A DNA stretch of 64,000 nucleotides from an uncultured Burkholderiales bacterium (GTDB taxonomy: Bacteria; Actinomycetota; Acidimicrobiia; IMCC26256; JAGPDB01). The position numbers were made by a program, and so were the translations under genes. Positions 36,207-46,487 of the stretch are shown here, in pieces. Position 1 is the stretch's first letter; each line of letters begins with the position of its first letter. The DNA lies in contig CAZFAO010000007.1 in NCBI GenBank assembly GCA_964516875.1, positions 1,464 to 65,463 of the forward strand, in the 5' to 3' direction. A model generated the notes under the pieces. The model made no database searches. It worked only from the letters and a program-made list of their open reading frames with translations, and was not told the origin of the DNA.

Positions 36207-38351
36207 TTACGACTTGAAGAGGAAGTCAACTTCGTTTTCATCCAAGAAATGCGCGAGTTCTTTTGTAAGTGTTGCATTTTCTTTCGATGACATTGTGGGG
36301 TCGTTGGTTAATTTTTTCATCGCAACATCGTAAGCATGTTCGACGTACTTCGCGTCGCGTGGCAATCGTCCCAAACGCAGATCACCTTGACCCGATTGCA
36401 CCCCGCCGAGCACGTGACCCGAGCCTCGAAGATCAAGATCGATTTCGGCGAGTTCAAAACCATCGGTGGTGGTTTCCATTGCTTCGAGACGACGCACAGC
36501 ATCGGTTGTGTCCTTATCCGATAGGAGAAAACAAAAGGATTGTTCAGCACCGCGCCCCACTCGTCCACGCAACTGATGCAGTTGGCTCAAACCAAACCTG
36601 TCGGCATCTTCGACGACCATGACGGTGGCATTAGAAACATCAACACCGACTTCAATCACTGTTGTTGACACAAGAACATCAACAACACCAGAAACAAAAC
36701 GCGCCATAACGTCTTCTTTTTCAGCAGAACTCATTTGACCATGCACAAGACCCACTGTTAATCCCTTGAGCTGGTCATTACGGAGGTTTTCAATGTGATC
36801 AACAACCGATTTCGCTTCAACTTTGTCGGACTCATTCACTAACGCGCATACAACATAAGCCTGACGACCAGCTTCGACTTCGTCGCGCACTTTTTTGTAT
36901 GCCTTATTCACATCGGTTTTTGTTTTTGCCCATTTCGTTGTGATGGGTTTGCGCCCCTTGGGCATATCTTTCATGATGGTGTTTTTGAGATCGCCGAAAT
37001 ACAACATTGCAGCAGTTCGAGGAATGGGCGTTGCGCTCATGACAATCATGTGCGGTGTGGTTTCGCTCCGCGACAACAAAGCGGAACGTTGTTCGACACC
37101 AAAACGGTGTTGCTCATCGACAACGACAAGTCCTAAGTTCGCAAACTTCCATTCGTTGTACAACATTGCATGTGTACAGATGACAATGTCACAGTCGCCG
37201 TTTTCAACGTCGCGTTCAATACGCGCGCGATCACTTGCGGATGTGGAGTTCGTTAACAATTCCACGCGCACAGGACGTGCAGAAAAGAGATTCGAATCGT
37301 CCTTGACTTCTAATTCGGCGAACAATTGCTTGGCACTTGCATAATGTTGGTTCACTAACACCTCCGTGGGTGCCATGATGATGGCTTGAGCTCCAGAACC
37401 GACAGCGCGCATGGCCGCAGCAAAAGCAACCACAGTTTTTCCTGAACCCACATCGCCTTGGAGCAAACGATGCATCGGGTGCGCTGAAGTCATGTCCGCA
37501 TCAATCTCGGCAATGGCATCGCTTTGAGAGCCGGTCAGCTCAAACGGCAAGCTCGTGATAAAACTTTTCTCCAAAAAGTCTTCGTTCAAAGTTTGCGCCA
37601 CCAAAATATTTTCGTTCTGCAAATAACGACCGACGAGCACCATCTGCAACATGAGAAATTCGTCGAAGCGCAAGCGTCGCGCACCTTGGCGTGCATCATC
37701 TTCGCTTTCGGGTGCGTGAATATTTTTGTACGCCTGCCCGCGTGAGACGAGTTTCAATTCTTCTAAAAAATTATCTTCGAGAATGTCTGAAAGCTGATCG
37801 GTAAAAGGCAAAACTTTATCCATCATCTTGCGCACATCCCACGTCGACAGATCTGCCTTACCGCTTTGCGGATAAATGGGAATGATTCCACTGGTGCGAT
37901 CTAACTCTTGGTCTTCACGAATAATGTCGACAACAGGATTAACAATCTGCGGACTGCCGCGGTACTCATCCATCTTCCCGAAAAAAGCAGCTTGGGTTCC
38001 GACTTTGAGTTGTTTAACACGCCAGGGCTGATTAAAAAACGTGATCTTGATTCGCGACGTTGCATCGGCAACGACGGCTTCGACCATCACCTTATAATTT
38101 TTCATGCGACGAGATGTGATTGCTTCAACCGTTGCATACACCGTTGCTTCTTCCCCAGGAAAAAGTTCACCAATACTGACTTGGCGAGTGCGGTCTAGAT
38201 AACGGCGAGGATAATAAGACAGCAAATCATCAACATTCTCTATTCCCGCCGAATGCGCCTTCTCCAAAAGAGCAGGACCAATTCCCTCGACCGAACCCAG
38301 ATCAAGAGAGGCAAGATCTGTTCGCCCTAGTGATGACTTTCGAGTGCTCAT
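36207..38351 (-). CDS. recG: ATP-dependent DNA helicase RecG
   Basis: 714 aa with a wedge domain, LLQGDVGSGKT, DEQHRFGV, and the SATPIPRT and QLHQLRGRVGRG motifs. Confidence 0.95.
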   Translation of the reverse strand: MSTRKSSLGRTDLASLDLGSVEGIGPALLEKAHSAGIENVDDLLSYYPRRYLDRTRQVSIGELFPGEEATVYATVEAITSRRMKNYKVMVEAVVADATSRIKITFFNQPWRVKQLKVGTQAAFFGKMDEYRGSPQIVNPVVDIIREDQELDRTSGIIPIYPQSGKADLSTWDVRKMMDKVLPFTDQLSDILEDNFLEELKLVSRGQAYKNIHAPESEDDARQGARRLRFDEFLMLQMVLVGRYLQNENILVAQTLNEDFLEKSFITSLPFELTGSQSDAIAEIDADMTSAHPMHRLLQGDVGSGKTVVAFAAAMRAVGSGAQAIIMAPTEVLVNQHYASAKQLFAELEVKDDSNLFSARPVRVELLTNSTSASDRARIERDVENGDCDIVICTHAMLYNEWKFANLGLVVVDEQHRFGVEQRSALLSRSETTPHMIVMSATPIPRTAAMLYFGDLKNTIMKDMPKGRKPITTKWAKTKTDVNKAYKKVRDEVEAGRQAYVVCALVNESDKVEAKSVVDHIENLRNDQLKGLTVGLVHGQMSSAEKEDVMARFVSGVVDVLVSTTVIEVGVDVSNATVMVVEDADRFGLSQLHQLRGRVGRGAEQSFCFLLSDKDTTDAVRRLEAMETTTDGFELAEIDLDLRGSGHVLGGVQSGQGDLRLGRLPRDAKYVEHAYDVAMKKLTNDPTMSSKENATLTKELAHFLDENEVDFLFKS

Positions 38352-38368
38352 ACAGCTAGGCTAATTGC

Positions 38369-38599
38369 ATGCAAGGCGTTATTATCTCTTTTGATCCCAG
38401 TACTGAAATCGGCACGATCATGACCGACACTCCCGACCGTGGACAATATCCGCTCGCACCAGGAGCTATTGACGACTCGCTCTTTACGATGCTTCGCCAA
38501 GGACAGCGTGTGAACTTCGACATTAACGACGACAAACTCGCGATCAATGTCCGCATTGGTTCCGAAGTTGATATGGGAATTTCAACCGCGCGCGTATAG
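38369..38599 (+). CDS. Small cold-shock/OB-like hypothetical protein
   Basis: 76 aa. GVIISFDPSTEIGTIMTD....YPL....I.....L.QGQRVNFDI loosely follows the Csp pattern (G.V.WF....G.GFI...). An antisense ORF of similar size exists, so the call is tentative. Confidence 0.45.
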   Translation: MQGVIISFDPSTEIGTIMTDTPDRGQYPLAPGAIDDSLFTMLRQGQRVNFDINDDKLAINVRIGSEVDMGISTARV

Positions 38600-38726
38600 T
38601 TCAATCATTCCAAAAATGTGCCGGGTAACACCCCGAAAAATATTCGCATTTTCTTTTCATACTATTTGGGTGAAGTCGCCTATTACCGATAGGTTATAAG
38701 TGACAACCAGTACAAAGGGGATTGAT

Positions 38727-40577
38727 ATGCCACAACAAACACAAGTCAAAAAAGCTGCTCCCGCAACTCAAAATACTCACCTCGTAAACTGGGTCGCCGA
38801 TATCGCAACACTCACGCAACCTGACACTGTTGTCTGGTGTGACGGAAGTAAAGAAGAATGCCAACGACTCATTAATACACTTCTCGACAAGGGCACGATC
38901 ACTCCCCTCAACCAAGAACTTCGTCCGAATAGTTTTTGGGCAACCTCAGACCCTGGCGACGTTGCACGCGTCGAAGATCGCACATATATTTGTTCGGAAA
39001 AAGAAATAGATGCCGGCCCAACAAACAACTGGAAAGACCCAGCAGAAATGCAAGACATCTTGCATAAGAAGTTTGCAGGCGCAATGGCAGGGCGCACAAT
39101 GTATGTTGTTCCTTTTTGCATGGGACCTATTGGGTCACCGCTTTCTTACATCGGTGTTGAAATAACTGACTCTGCCTACGTTGCACTTTCTATGGGCACG
39201 ATGACACGCATGGGGAAAGAAGTTCTTGACCAACTCGGCGATTCGCGTGATTACGTTCCTGCTGTTCACTCTGTGGGAATGCCGCTTATTGATGACAACG
39301 GAAAAGCAATCGACGATGTTGCGTGGCCATGTAACGAAGATAAGTACATTGTGCACTATCCCGAGAAGCGCGAGATCTGGTCGTACGGTTCCGGATACGG
39401 AGGCAATGCATTACTTGGAAAGAAATGTTTTGCTTTGCGTATTGCTTCTGTTCTTGCGCGCGATGAAGGTTGGCTGGCAGAGCATATGCTCGTGATTAAA
39501 GTCACGTCACCCAAAAATGAAGTTCACTATATGGCTGGAGCATTTCCGTCAGCGTGCGGAAAAACAAACCTCGCCATGGTTGTTCCTCAACTTCCGGGAT
39601 GGAAAGTTGAAATGATTGGTGACGACATTGCATGGATGAAGATTGGTCCCGACGGACGACTTCACGCCATCAACCCTGAATATGGAATCTTCGGTGTCGC
39701 GCCCGGAACGTCTGCAGAGACAAACCCCAGCGCACTCGACACGTTGAAAGAGAACTGTATCTTTACTAACACGGCACTCACAGAAGATGGCGACGTCTGG
39801 TGGGAAGGACTCACAGACGAAGCGCCTGCGAACCTCACGACGTGGAAGCACAAGAAATACGATCCCGCTTCTGGTGAACCTGCAGCGCATCCGAACTCGC
39901 GTTTCACCGCGCCTGCGTCGCAGTGTCCAACTATTGCACCCGAGTGGGAAGATCCTGCCGGAGTTCCCATCAGCGCAATTTTGTTTGGTGGACGCCGAGC
40001 CACCGCTGTCCCACTTGTGTACGAAGCGTACGATTGGGAACACGGTGTGTTTATTGCGAGTGCAATTGCATCAGAAAAAACTGCAGCAGCAGAAGGAACC
40101 GTTGGAGAAATCCGCCGCGACCCCATGGCTATGCTTCCGTTTTGTGGATACAACATGGGCGACTATTTCGGCCACTGGCTCTCCATCGCCGACAAAATGG
40201 ATAAGGACAAACTCCCCCGCATCTACGGAGTGAACTGGTTCCGCAAAGCCGATGGCGTCGGTGAGTATTTATGGCCAGGATTTTCTGAAAACGTCCGCGT
40301 TTTAAGCTGGATCATTGATCGACTCGAAGGTCGGACCGAGGGAATGAAAACTCCTGTCGGTATCGTCGCACACGCGAGTGAGATCAACACTGATTCAACG
40401 TTGAATGAAAGTTATGTAGAACGCGCTCTCGCTGTCCGTAAATCTCAGTGGGTCGACGAGTGCAAGTCGATTGAGCAGCACTACAAAACATTTGGAGACC
40501 GTTTGCCTGGCGCATTGGCGCAACAACTTACAGACCTCACCAAGCGTGTGGACGAAATGGACGTCGACGTTCTGTAG
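38727..40577 (+). CDS. pckG: Phosphoenolpyruvate carboxykinase (GTP)
   Basis: The start is taken at the ATG with an AAGGGG SD. Motifs include [12 protein letters not shown] (kinase-1a), [23 protein letters not shown] and NWFRK. Confidence 0.95.
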   Translation: MPQQTQVKKAAPATQNTHLVNWVADIATLTQPDTVVWCDGSKEECQRLINTLLDKGTITPLNQELRPNSFWATSDPGDVARVEDRTYICSEKEIDAGPTNNWKDPAEMQDILHKKFAGAMAGRTMYVVPFCMGPIGSPLSYIGVEITDSAYVALSMGTMTRMGKEVLDQLGDSRDYVPAVHSVGMPLIDDNGKAIDDVAWPCNEDKYIVHYPEKREIWSYGSGYGGNALLGKKCFALRIASVLARDEGWLAEHMLVIKVTSPKNEVHYMAGAFPSACGKTNLAMVVPQLPGWKVEMIGDDIAWMKIGPDGRLHAINPEYGIFGVAPGTSAETNPSALDTLKENCIFTNTALTEDGDVWWEGLTDEAPANLTTWKHKKYDPASGEPAAHPNSRFTAPASQCPTIAPEWEDPAGVPISAILFGGRRATAVPLVYEAYDWEHGVFIASAIASEKTAAAEGTVGEIRRDPMAMLPFCGYNMGDYFGHWLSIADKMDKDKLPRIYGVNWFRKADGVGEYLWPGFSENVRVLSWIIDRLEGRTEGMKTPVGIVAHASEINTDSTLNESYVERALAVRKSQWVDECKSIEQHYKTFGDRLPGALAQQLTDLTKRVDEMDVDVL

Positions 40578-40586
40578 CCTTAACTA

Positions 40587-40633
40587 TTTTCCCCCTTCTA
40601 GACTCCGGAATCCGGACACTAGAAGGGGGAAAA
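40587..40633. terminator. 15-bp perfect hairpin downstream of pckG (family A palindrome); no 3' U-tract
   Basis: ttttcccccttctag-actccggaatccggaca-ctagaagggggaaaa. The loop itself contains the tandem palindrome TCCGGA-A-TCCGGA. Confidence 0.45.
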
Positions 40634-40658
40634 TGATTGAATCGACACAAAAAGCACT

Positions 40659-40907
40659 ATGCTGAAACCCATGACAGTTTCTGCATATATTCTTGTTCAA
40701 GCTGAAGTCGGCGCATCGTCTGATGTTGCACGTGCAGCGAAAGATATCTCTGGTGTTGTTTTCGTTGATGCCATCACAGGTCCGTATGACGTTCTCGTGA
40801 AAGTCGAAGCTGAAACGATGGACGATCTGGGAAAAAAGATCGTGTCTGATGTTCAAAACATTTCGGGAATCACGCGAACGCTTACCTGCCCTGTTGTTAA
40901 TCTGTAA
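40659..40907 (+). CDS. Stand-alone Lrp/AsnC ligand-binding (RAM) domain protein
   Basis: 82 aa. AYILVQAEVG....VA.....I.GV..V..ITGPYDVLVKVEA.TMDDL follows the AsnC_trans_reg pattern. No HTH is present. Confidence 0.7.
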   Translation: MLKPMTVSAYILVQAEVGASSDVARAAKDISGVVFVDAITGPYDVLVKVEAETMDDLGKKIVSDVQNISGITRTLTCPVVNL

Positions 40908-40949
40908 ATACCCTTAAGTCCGTTTTGTACGAAAAGGAAGGACGGACCT

Positions 40950-41330
40950 TCAGAGAAGGACGAGCAGCGCGGCGCGCAAGCCCATTGCGCCCATGAACAA
41001 CGACGACAATCCGTATATCAAAATCTTCTTATTGTTCGGCAAAGAATTGCGATACGACCACATCACCGTTGCGAGTCCGAAAAGCAAAAATCCGTAGAAG
41101 TAATGAAAGCCTTTTGTTGACGCAACTTTTTCTCCGGACATATACAATGACACGCCGAGAAATACTTGAAGAACGAGAGTCGCCCATCCAACATAGACAG
41201 GAACATAAAAGTACTTCATCCGTTTGAGATCGACAAATTTGAGAGCAAGTAACATCCAAATCCCTGCGCCAATATTTGTTGCGATTGTTAAATAGGCAAG
41301 GTCGTGATGAAAACGGAAAAGTTCGTTCAC
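40950..41330 (-). CDS. Hypothetical 4-TM membrane protein
   Basis: 126 aa with four hydrophobic segments. Confidence 0.5.
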   Translation of the reverse strand: MNELFRFHHDLAYLTIATNIGAGIWMLLALKFVDLKRMKYFYVPVYVGWATLVLQVFLGVSLYMSGEKVASTKGFHYFYGFLLFGLATVMWSYRNSLPNNKKILIYGLSSLFMGAMGLRAALLVLL

Positions 41331-41335
41331 TGCAA

Positions 41336-42028
41336 TTACATCTGATCGAGAAGGATTTGTTTCTTTTCCGCAAACTCTTCATTAGTCAAGATACCCTGAT
41401 CTCGCAACTGCGCAAGTTTCTCAATTTGTTCAGGGATCGACAGTTGAGCATTCCCACCACTCATCATTCCTTGGAAACCATCCGAAGCATACCGAGCTGT
41501 CTTTTTATTGTTTGCTTCCATACAGCGGTACACTTCTTGCTGAACAGCGTCGGGATGGCGTACATTTCGAAACATACTCTGGCCATCTTCGCCTGCTGAC
41601 TCGATTTCAAGTGTTCCCGCGCCGATGATGCGTTCAAAAATTCCTTGACGAAAGTTGATGTTATTAATTCTCTCAAGAGGAATCTCAACTCCGTGCTTTG
41701 CAATAACACCAGTACGAAAAATAATGCGGTCACTTGTTACAACAAAAAGAGTAAAGATCCATTTCAGATACATCCCCACAAGCATGATTGCCCAAATGAG
41801 TACTGCAAATGCCCAGATGTAAAAAGAAAATTTATGGATGGTCGAAAAGAAACTGTCTGACGTACCCGCTGATGCTGTTGGATCACCATCGGGAATAAAG
41901 TTGATCATAATCAGTGCAGCAAACAAGACTCCACCAAAGAGAAAATATTGTGCAAAGTACCACCAGTGTGGACGCAGATCGAGGGAGAGTTCTTCGCCTT
42001 CGTTTAATAGTTCGCGTGGATATGCCAT
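41336..42028 (-). CDS. Membrane bPH_2 (YdbS-like PH) domain protein with C-terminal SHOCT domain
   Basis: 230 aa with LLNEGEEL.LDLRPHWW, 2 TM segments, and VVTSDRIIFRTGVIAKHGVEIPLERINNINFRQGIFERIIGAGTLEIES. The C-terminal IEKLAQLRDQGILTNEEFAEKKQILL is a SHOCT domain. Confidence 0.7.
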   Translation of the reverse strand: MAYPRELLNEGEELSLDLRPHWWYFAQYFLFGGVLFAALIMINFIPDGDPTASAGTSDSFFSTIHKFSFYIWAFAVLIWAIMLVGMYLKWIFTLFVVTSDRIIFRTGVIAKHGVEIPLERINNINFRQGIFERIIGAGTLEIESAGEDGQSMFRNVRHPDAVQQEVYRCMEANNKKTARYASDGFQGMMSGGNAQLSIPEQIEKLAQLRDQGILTNEEFAEKKQILLDQM

Positions 42029-42072
42029 TTGATTATCCTAGCGGAAAACACGTCTTCGCGAATTCACACCCG

Positions 42073-42600
42073 TCATTGTGCAGAACCGCCATCGGGCGAT
42101 CGATAGGTTTTCCGCGTGAAAACATCTCGTGCACTCGTGACGCGGTCAAGAAATACCTTGCCGGAAAGGTGGTCGATCTCGTGCTGAAAGACACGCGCTT
42201 CAAAATCAGTTGCACTCAACGTCACAGCGTTGCCGTAAATATCAAGACCACTAATTGTTACATTTTGTGCACGCGATACATTTCCCGTTTGGTCGGGAAC
42301 GCTCATACACCCTTCTCGCTTGATGATGGCTCCACTTTTTTCAACGAATGTTGCATTGATAAGGACGATAAAACCAAACTGTGAAGTTGCCCGATCATTT
42401 TTCGAAGCATCCGCAACAAAAATATTGAGGTCCGATCCAATCTGGTTCGCAGCAAGTCCAACACAATGGTCATACGCAGCCATTGTCGATGTGAGGTTTT
42501 CGATGACTTGAACAACGACCGGATCAGAAACATCGACAACGTCTCTGGCACGCGCTCGCAAATTCACATCGGGATAAAAAACAATTTCAGATATACACAT
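42073..42600 (-). CDS. def: Peptide deformylase
   Basis: 175 aa with GLAANQIG, EGCMSVP and HEIDHLSG. Confidence 0.9.
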   Translation of the reverse strand: MCISEIVFYPDVNLRARARDVVDVSDPVVVQVIENLTSTMAAYDHCVGLAANQIGSDLNIFVADASKNDRATSQFGFIVLINATFVEKSGAIIKREGCMSVPDQTGNVSRAQNVTISGLDIYGNAVTLSATDFEARVFQHEIDHLSGKVFLDRVTSARDVFTRKTYRSPDGGSAQ

Positions 42601-42603
42601 TGC

Positions 42604-43131
42604 TTACAAATCGACATCATCCACACGTTGAAATACAACATCACCAGAAAAGTCATTCACAGCGCTAGAAAGTTCGCTCACAATATTGTCTTCATCCGAA
42701 AGCGGAACATCAACATCAAGAATCATTGAGAACACTCCCGTGTCATTGTTTTTTCGTGTTGCGCAATCAACCACATTTGCTCGATGTCGCGTCAGCACCT
42801 CCGTGACGCGCGCGACAATTCCGGGAGTATCGCTGACGGCTAAGTGGAAAATATATTTCGCAATGCTGTGTTGATTATCAGCATCAACATCGTTGCTTAA
42901 CTCATCTGAAAACGCAATCGAAAAATTAGCTAACTCAGGAGTGGCCAACAATGATTGCTCAAGTTCGCTTTGTGACCTATCGCAATCAATCACCATGATC
43001 ATCGCAAAATGATCTTGGAGCAACGTCATGGAAGCATCTTCAATATTGGCACCATGTTCGGTAAGATTTATTGTCAATGCCGCGATGATACCCGGTCGAT
43101 CTTTACCAAAAATACTAATTGCGATTCGCAT
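42604..43131 (-). CDS. Tandem ACT-domain protein (GcvR-like)
   Basis: The start is taken at M41 (MRIAISIFGKDRPGIIAALT..L...GANI). A second ACT-like unit reads FHLAVSDTPGIVARVTEVL..H.ANV. Confidence 0.6.
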   Translation of the reverse strand: MRIAISIFGKDRPGIIAALTINLTEHGANIEDASMTLLQDHFAMIMVIDCDRSQSELEQSLLATPELANFSIAFSDELSNDVDADNQHSIAKYIFHLAVSDTPGIVARVTEVLTRHRANVVDCATRKNNDTGVFSMILDVDVPLSDEDNIVSELSSAVNDFSGDVVFQRVDDVDL

Positions 43132-43200
43132 ACCCCTAGATGTTAGAACCAAACTCAGTACGACATGACGTTCTGTTGCGTATGCGAGTATCGTACATAG

Positions 43201-44973
43201 ATGAGCGGCAGCGAAGATGTGGTCACAATAGGAGATTTGGACTCTGCCCAAGAGCGAGCTGTCACCTCCCCTGCTACGCGATTATGCATCGTTGCTTCTG
43301 CAGGATCGGGCAAAACTCGGGTGATCGTTAAGCGCATCCAATATCTCTGCACACATCAAGGTCTCCTTCCCGAACATGTTGTTGCCATCACGTTCACACG
43401 CAAGGCGGGATTTGAACTCGCCCAGCGTTTAACAAAAGTTTTCCCTCTCGAAATGCGTGAACGACCCTTTGTGGGAACGCTCCATTCGTTTGTCATGAGC
43501 GAATTAGCCACCTTTCATGACGACGAACGCACACCACTGCGCACTCTCATCGAAAATCCCGTCTCACTCCTCGAAAAACTCAAAATCGCACAAGCATCCA
43601 AAATCGCACGCGCAATTTCGTGGGGCAAAACCCGTCTCATGTCGCCCGACGATGTGACAGATGATGCCATGCGTGTAATTCGACGTCACGTACACATTCA
43701 TCCTCAGGCCTTTGATAAAGATACCTTCGTTACCTCGTGGAAAACTTACGAACGTGAATGTAAAAAACGCGGCGTCATGGATCACGATGAAGCACTCACC
43801 GAATACTGTCGACGTTTAAGCAACCCGGACTACGCTGCATCACGACATTATCTCTATCGTCACATTTTTGTCGATGAGTTCCAAGACACCACACCATTGC
43901 ACATGGAAATCTATCGACGTCTCGTAGGACAATCTGGCGGATTGAGTGTCGTGGGTGATCCCGATCAATCTATTTTTTCGTTCGCGGGTTCGAGTGATGT
44001 GTACTTAAATAATTTTGCTGATTATTTTCCTGGAGCACAGAGCGTTTTCCTCAACACCAACTATCGCTCGACCCGAGCCAATGTTGAAGTTGCTCGAAGT
44101 GTTGTTCCCCATTCTGACCAACTCGAAACAATCATCACTCCCCGTGCCAGCACAATTCTTCCCGAAGTGCACGAATATCCCGACGAGCAAAGCGAAGCTG
44201 ATGGTGTGATGGATATTATTTCTTCGTCGCATGCTCGCGGCGTCGCGATGAACGATATTGCCGTGTTGGTGCGCACCAACGCACAAAAAGATGCGTTCGT
44301 CACTGCTGCGAACAAATTGGGAATGAAGTGCAATCGTGGACGCCATGTCGTAACTGATCCTGTGGCAGCTCAGGTGTGGTCCACCATTGTTGCGCTCCGA
44401 AAAAAGCGTCGATGGAAGTCAATCTATGATGCGCTCGACGATATCGACAACGCCCAAACGCTGACGGGTGAACTCGATCAAGAACATAAGGATCTGTTTC
44501 GTCGATTGCGTAACTCAGCGCGTGAATACATGGAACTTTTCCCTCACGACCGCCATGGTGACGTCGCTGGATTTTTCGAATTCATCGAAACTCGTTTGGG
44601 CATTGGCGCTCAATCAACAGCGGGGTTTTCGCTTCTCACGTTCCACCAGGCAAAAGGACTCGAATTCGATACGGTCATTGTGGCTGGTTTTGAAAAGGGT
44701 CTTGTCCCCCTCTATAGAGACAAGGTACGCAAACGTGAAGAGGCACGCCTCGCCTATGTGGCGCTGTCACGGGCGATTAACGAGCTTCACATCACTCGTG
44801 CAAGTGTACGAATGCGACACGGCACCCCGGTCGTGCAACAACCGTCAGAATTTCTCGCATCGATCAAGAGCCACATTTGCGAACTTGATATTCGAAATGA
44901 CGTTTTCACCGCGGATGAGGCCATCAAACGCATTGCGGACATTCGAGCGAAACACCTCATAAAAAAACTGTGA
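43201..44973 (+). CDS. UvrD/Rep-family (SF1) DNA helicase, short form
   Basis: 590 aa with ASAGSGKT (motif I), VDEFQDT (II), GDPDQSIF (III), and TFHQAKGLEFD / YVALSRA (V/VI). Confidence 0.8.
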   Translation: MSGSEDVVTIGDLDSAQERAVTSPATRLCIVASAGSGKTRVIVKRIQYLCTHQGLLPEHVVAITFTRKAGFELAQRLTKVFPLEMRERPFVGTLHSFVMSELATFHDDERTPLRTLIENPVSLLEKLKIAQASKIARAISWGKTRLMSPDDVTDDAMRVIRRHVHIHPQAFDKDTFVTSWKTYERECKKRGVMDHDEALTEYCRRLSNPDYAASRHYLYRHIFVDEFQDTTPLHMEIYRRLVGQSGGLSVVGDPDQSIFSFAGSSDVYLNNFADYFPGAQSVFLNTNYRSTRANVEVARSVVPHSDQLETIITPRASTILPEVHEYPDEQSEADGVMDIISSSHARGVAMNDIAVLVRTNAQKDAFVTAANKLGMKCNRGRHVVTDPVAAQVWSTIVALRKKRRWKSIYDALDDIDNAQTLTGELDQEHKDLFRRLRNSAREYMELFPHDRHGDVAGFFEFIETRLGIGAQSTAGFSLLTFHQAKGLEFDTVIVAGFEKGLVPLYRDKVRKREEARLAYVALSRAINELHITRASVRMRHGTPVVQQPSEFLASIKSHICELDIRNDVFTADEAIKRIADIRAKHLIKKL

Positions 44974-44997
44974 CGATGGACTTGACCTCGAGCGAAA

Positions 44998-45366
44998 ATG
45001 GGAGCAGGATGTTACCAATATCCCGGTAGATCGGAGGCCGCCATGCGTAGCCCATTTGAGACTCTTTCCGAAAGTGATGATTCCTGGATTTATCCAGATG
45101 AAGATTCCCTGAGCGCTTTCGCAACGCATGATTGCGAAGATCCGACCAGTGATGATGATTTATTTGAATTGCGTACCGATCCACACGCGTATGCGTTTTT
45201 GAGTGCTGCTGAATATTCAATTGTTGATCGCCGTTTCGGACTAACGGGCGAACCATTGTCGATGAAAGACATCGCAGCCGATCTTGGTGTAACTCATAAT
45301 GAAGTTCGCGAAACGTTGGGTTCGGCACTATCGAAGATGCGCGAAAACATGAAAGTTAAACAATAA
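44998..45366 (+). CDS. Small acidic protein with a sigma-70 region-4-like HTH
   Basis: YSIVDRRFGLTGEPLSMKDIAADLGVTHNEVRETLGSALSKMR resembles sigma region 4. The start is uncertain (45043 is an alternative). Confidence 0.5.
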   Translation: MGAGCYQYPGRSEAAMRSPFETLSESDDSWIYPDEDSLSAFATHDCEDPTSDDDLFELRTDPHAYAFLSAAEYSIVDRRFGLTGEPLSMKDIAADLGVTHNEVRETLGSALSKMRENMKVKQ

Positions 45367-45378
45367 CTTTCTTTCGCG

Positions 45379-45401
45379 TTTCCAGGGCCTGGCCCTGGAA
45401 A
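45379..45401. terminator. Perfect 11-bp palindrome between convergent stops (family B palindrome)
   Basis: tttccagggcc-t-ggccctggaaa. It lies between the stop at 45364-45366 (+) and the stop at 45403-45405 (-). It shares its core with 49963-50005. Confidence 0.5.
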
Positions 45402-45402
45402 G

Positions 45403-45999
45403 CTAGTTGGCACACGAGCCCCACATCCCCACTCCTTGTTTTTTCGCATTAATTTCTAACACCAACAATTGATTCGCATATTTATTATTCGGAGAAATAT
45501 TGAGAATCTTTGCGTAGCCCTGACGTACCAGTTCATCATTAAAGCGCGCATCATCAAGATACACATACGCCAGAGTTCGACCATACTTATCTTTTTTCTC
45601 TACATCGTATTCAAGTTCAATGTTTTGGCCGTCAAGATTCTGTTGTGAAAATTGTGCAGCCTCGGGACCAAAACACCCAACAGGTTTTGTCGGATGATGA
45701 GTTTCGGGAGTATCTACACCTAAGAGCCGGATCGTTTCGCTGTGCCCGTCAGAAAATGTGGCGAGGAGGGTATCTCCATCGATGACACTATCGACACGAG
45801 CTGCGACACGCATCTGAGCCTGACGACCCATCTGCATCGAAAAACCGAGAACCACAACAAACGCAAATGCAACAATAAGTAGTTGTACCGTGGAGAATCG
45901 GCGCGAGGTGCGATACGTTCGGTAACCTATATCAATGCGTCGACGCCTCGTTATCTTCTCCATCATTGCTGTCGTCGTCATCCTTGCTTTTGTCATCAC
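45403..45999 (-). CDS. Membrane-anchored thermonuclease (staphylococcal nuclease/SNase family)
   Basis: 198 aa with an N-terminal TM segment and IDGDTLLA......IRLLGVDTPE.....KPV..FG.EA......L.....ELEYD....DKYGRTLAYVYL. Confidence 0.8.
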   Translation of the reverse strand: MMTKARMTTTAMMEKITRRRRIDIGYRTYRTSRRFSTVQLLIVAFAFVVVLGFSMQMGRQAQMRVAARVDSVIDGDTLLATFSDGHSETIRLLGVDTPETHHPTKPVGCFGPEAAQFSQQNLDGQNIELEYDVEKKDKYGRTLAYVYLDDARFNDELVRQGYAKILNISPNNKYANQLLVLEINAKKQGVGMWGSCAN

Positions 46000-46483
46000 A
46001 GGATGCTCTCAGCTTTCCAAGAAAGAGTCAACAGCTGAAAAGAAATTTTCTGCCATGATGCCCGAACTCTCGCTGCGCTACGAAAAATTGTCCGAAGCAA
46101 CCAAATTGGCTGAAGAAGTTGGCGGGAAACGCGACGTCGTTACGGATTCAAAAAAAGCATTAAAAGAATTCACAGCAGCAAAAAAGAAAAAGGATGTCGG
46201 CGCCGAGCTTGAAGCATCTCGAGAACTTGAAACAATCATTGGACGACTCCGCGCAAACACAGCAAGCTCGCCGAGATTGAGCTCATCGGCTGAACTCACA
46301 GCCGCAGTGACTGCAATTGATTCCTCTATACCCGGCACGAACGTCCGCGATCCATATTTTGATTCCGTCCAATCTTACGAAGATGCGCGAACGTCTTTCC
46401 GCTATCTCCTCTCTGCTTTTGTGGGCGGATTCAACGCAGCCCAACAACTCGAATTTTCCTTCCCGCCCGATGCAACAAGTTAA
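45935..46483 (+). CDS. Lipoprotein, possibly LemA-like
   Basis: 182 aa with the lipobox FVITG-C and a helical Lys/Glu-rich body. The C-terminal YFDSVQSYEDARTSFRYLLSAFVGGF is reminiscent of LemA. Its 5' end overlaps the divergent nuclease ORF by 65 nt. Confidence 0.5.
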   Translation: MRRRLVIFSIIAVVVILAFVITGCSQLSKKESTAEKKFSAMMPELSLRYEKLSEATKLAEEVGGKRDVVTDSKKALKEFTAAKKKKDVGAELEASRELETIIGRLRANTASSPRLSSSAELTAAVTAIDSSIPGTNVRDPYFDSVQSYEDARTSFRYLLSAFVGGFNAAQQLEFSFPPDATS

Positions 46484-46487
46484 CAAG

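Noticed and set aside
39549-40156. Two 164-aa antisense ORFs inside pckG. Similar long antisense ORFs lie in the VanW gene (57500-58111) and dprA (16506-16955).
   Set aside because: The sense genes are unambiguous, highly conserved families. The antisense frames have skewed composition typical of shadow ORFs.
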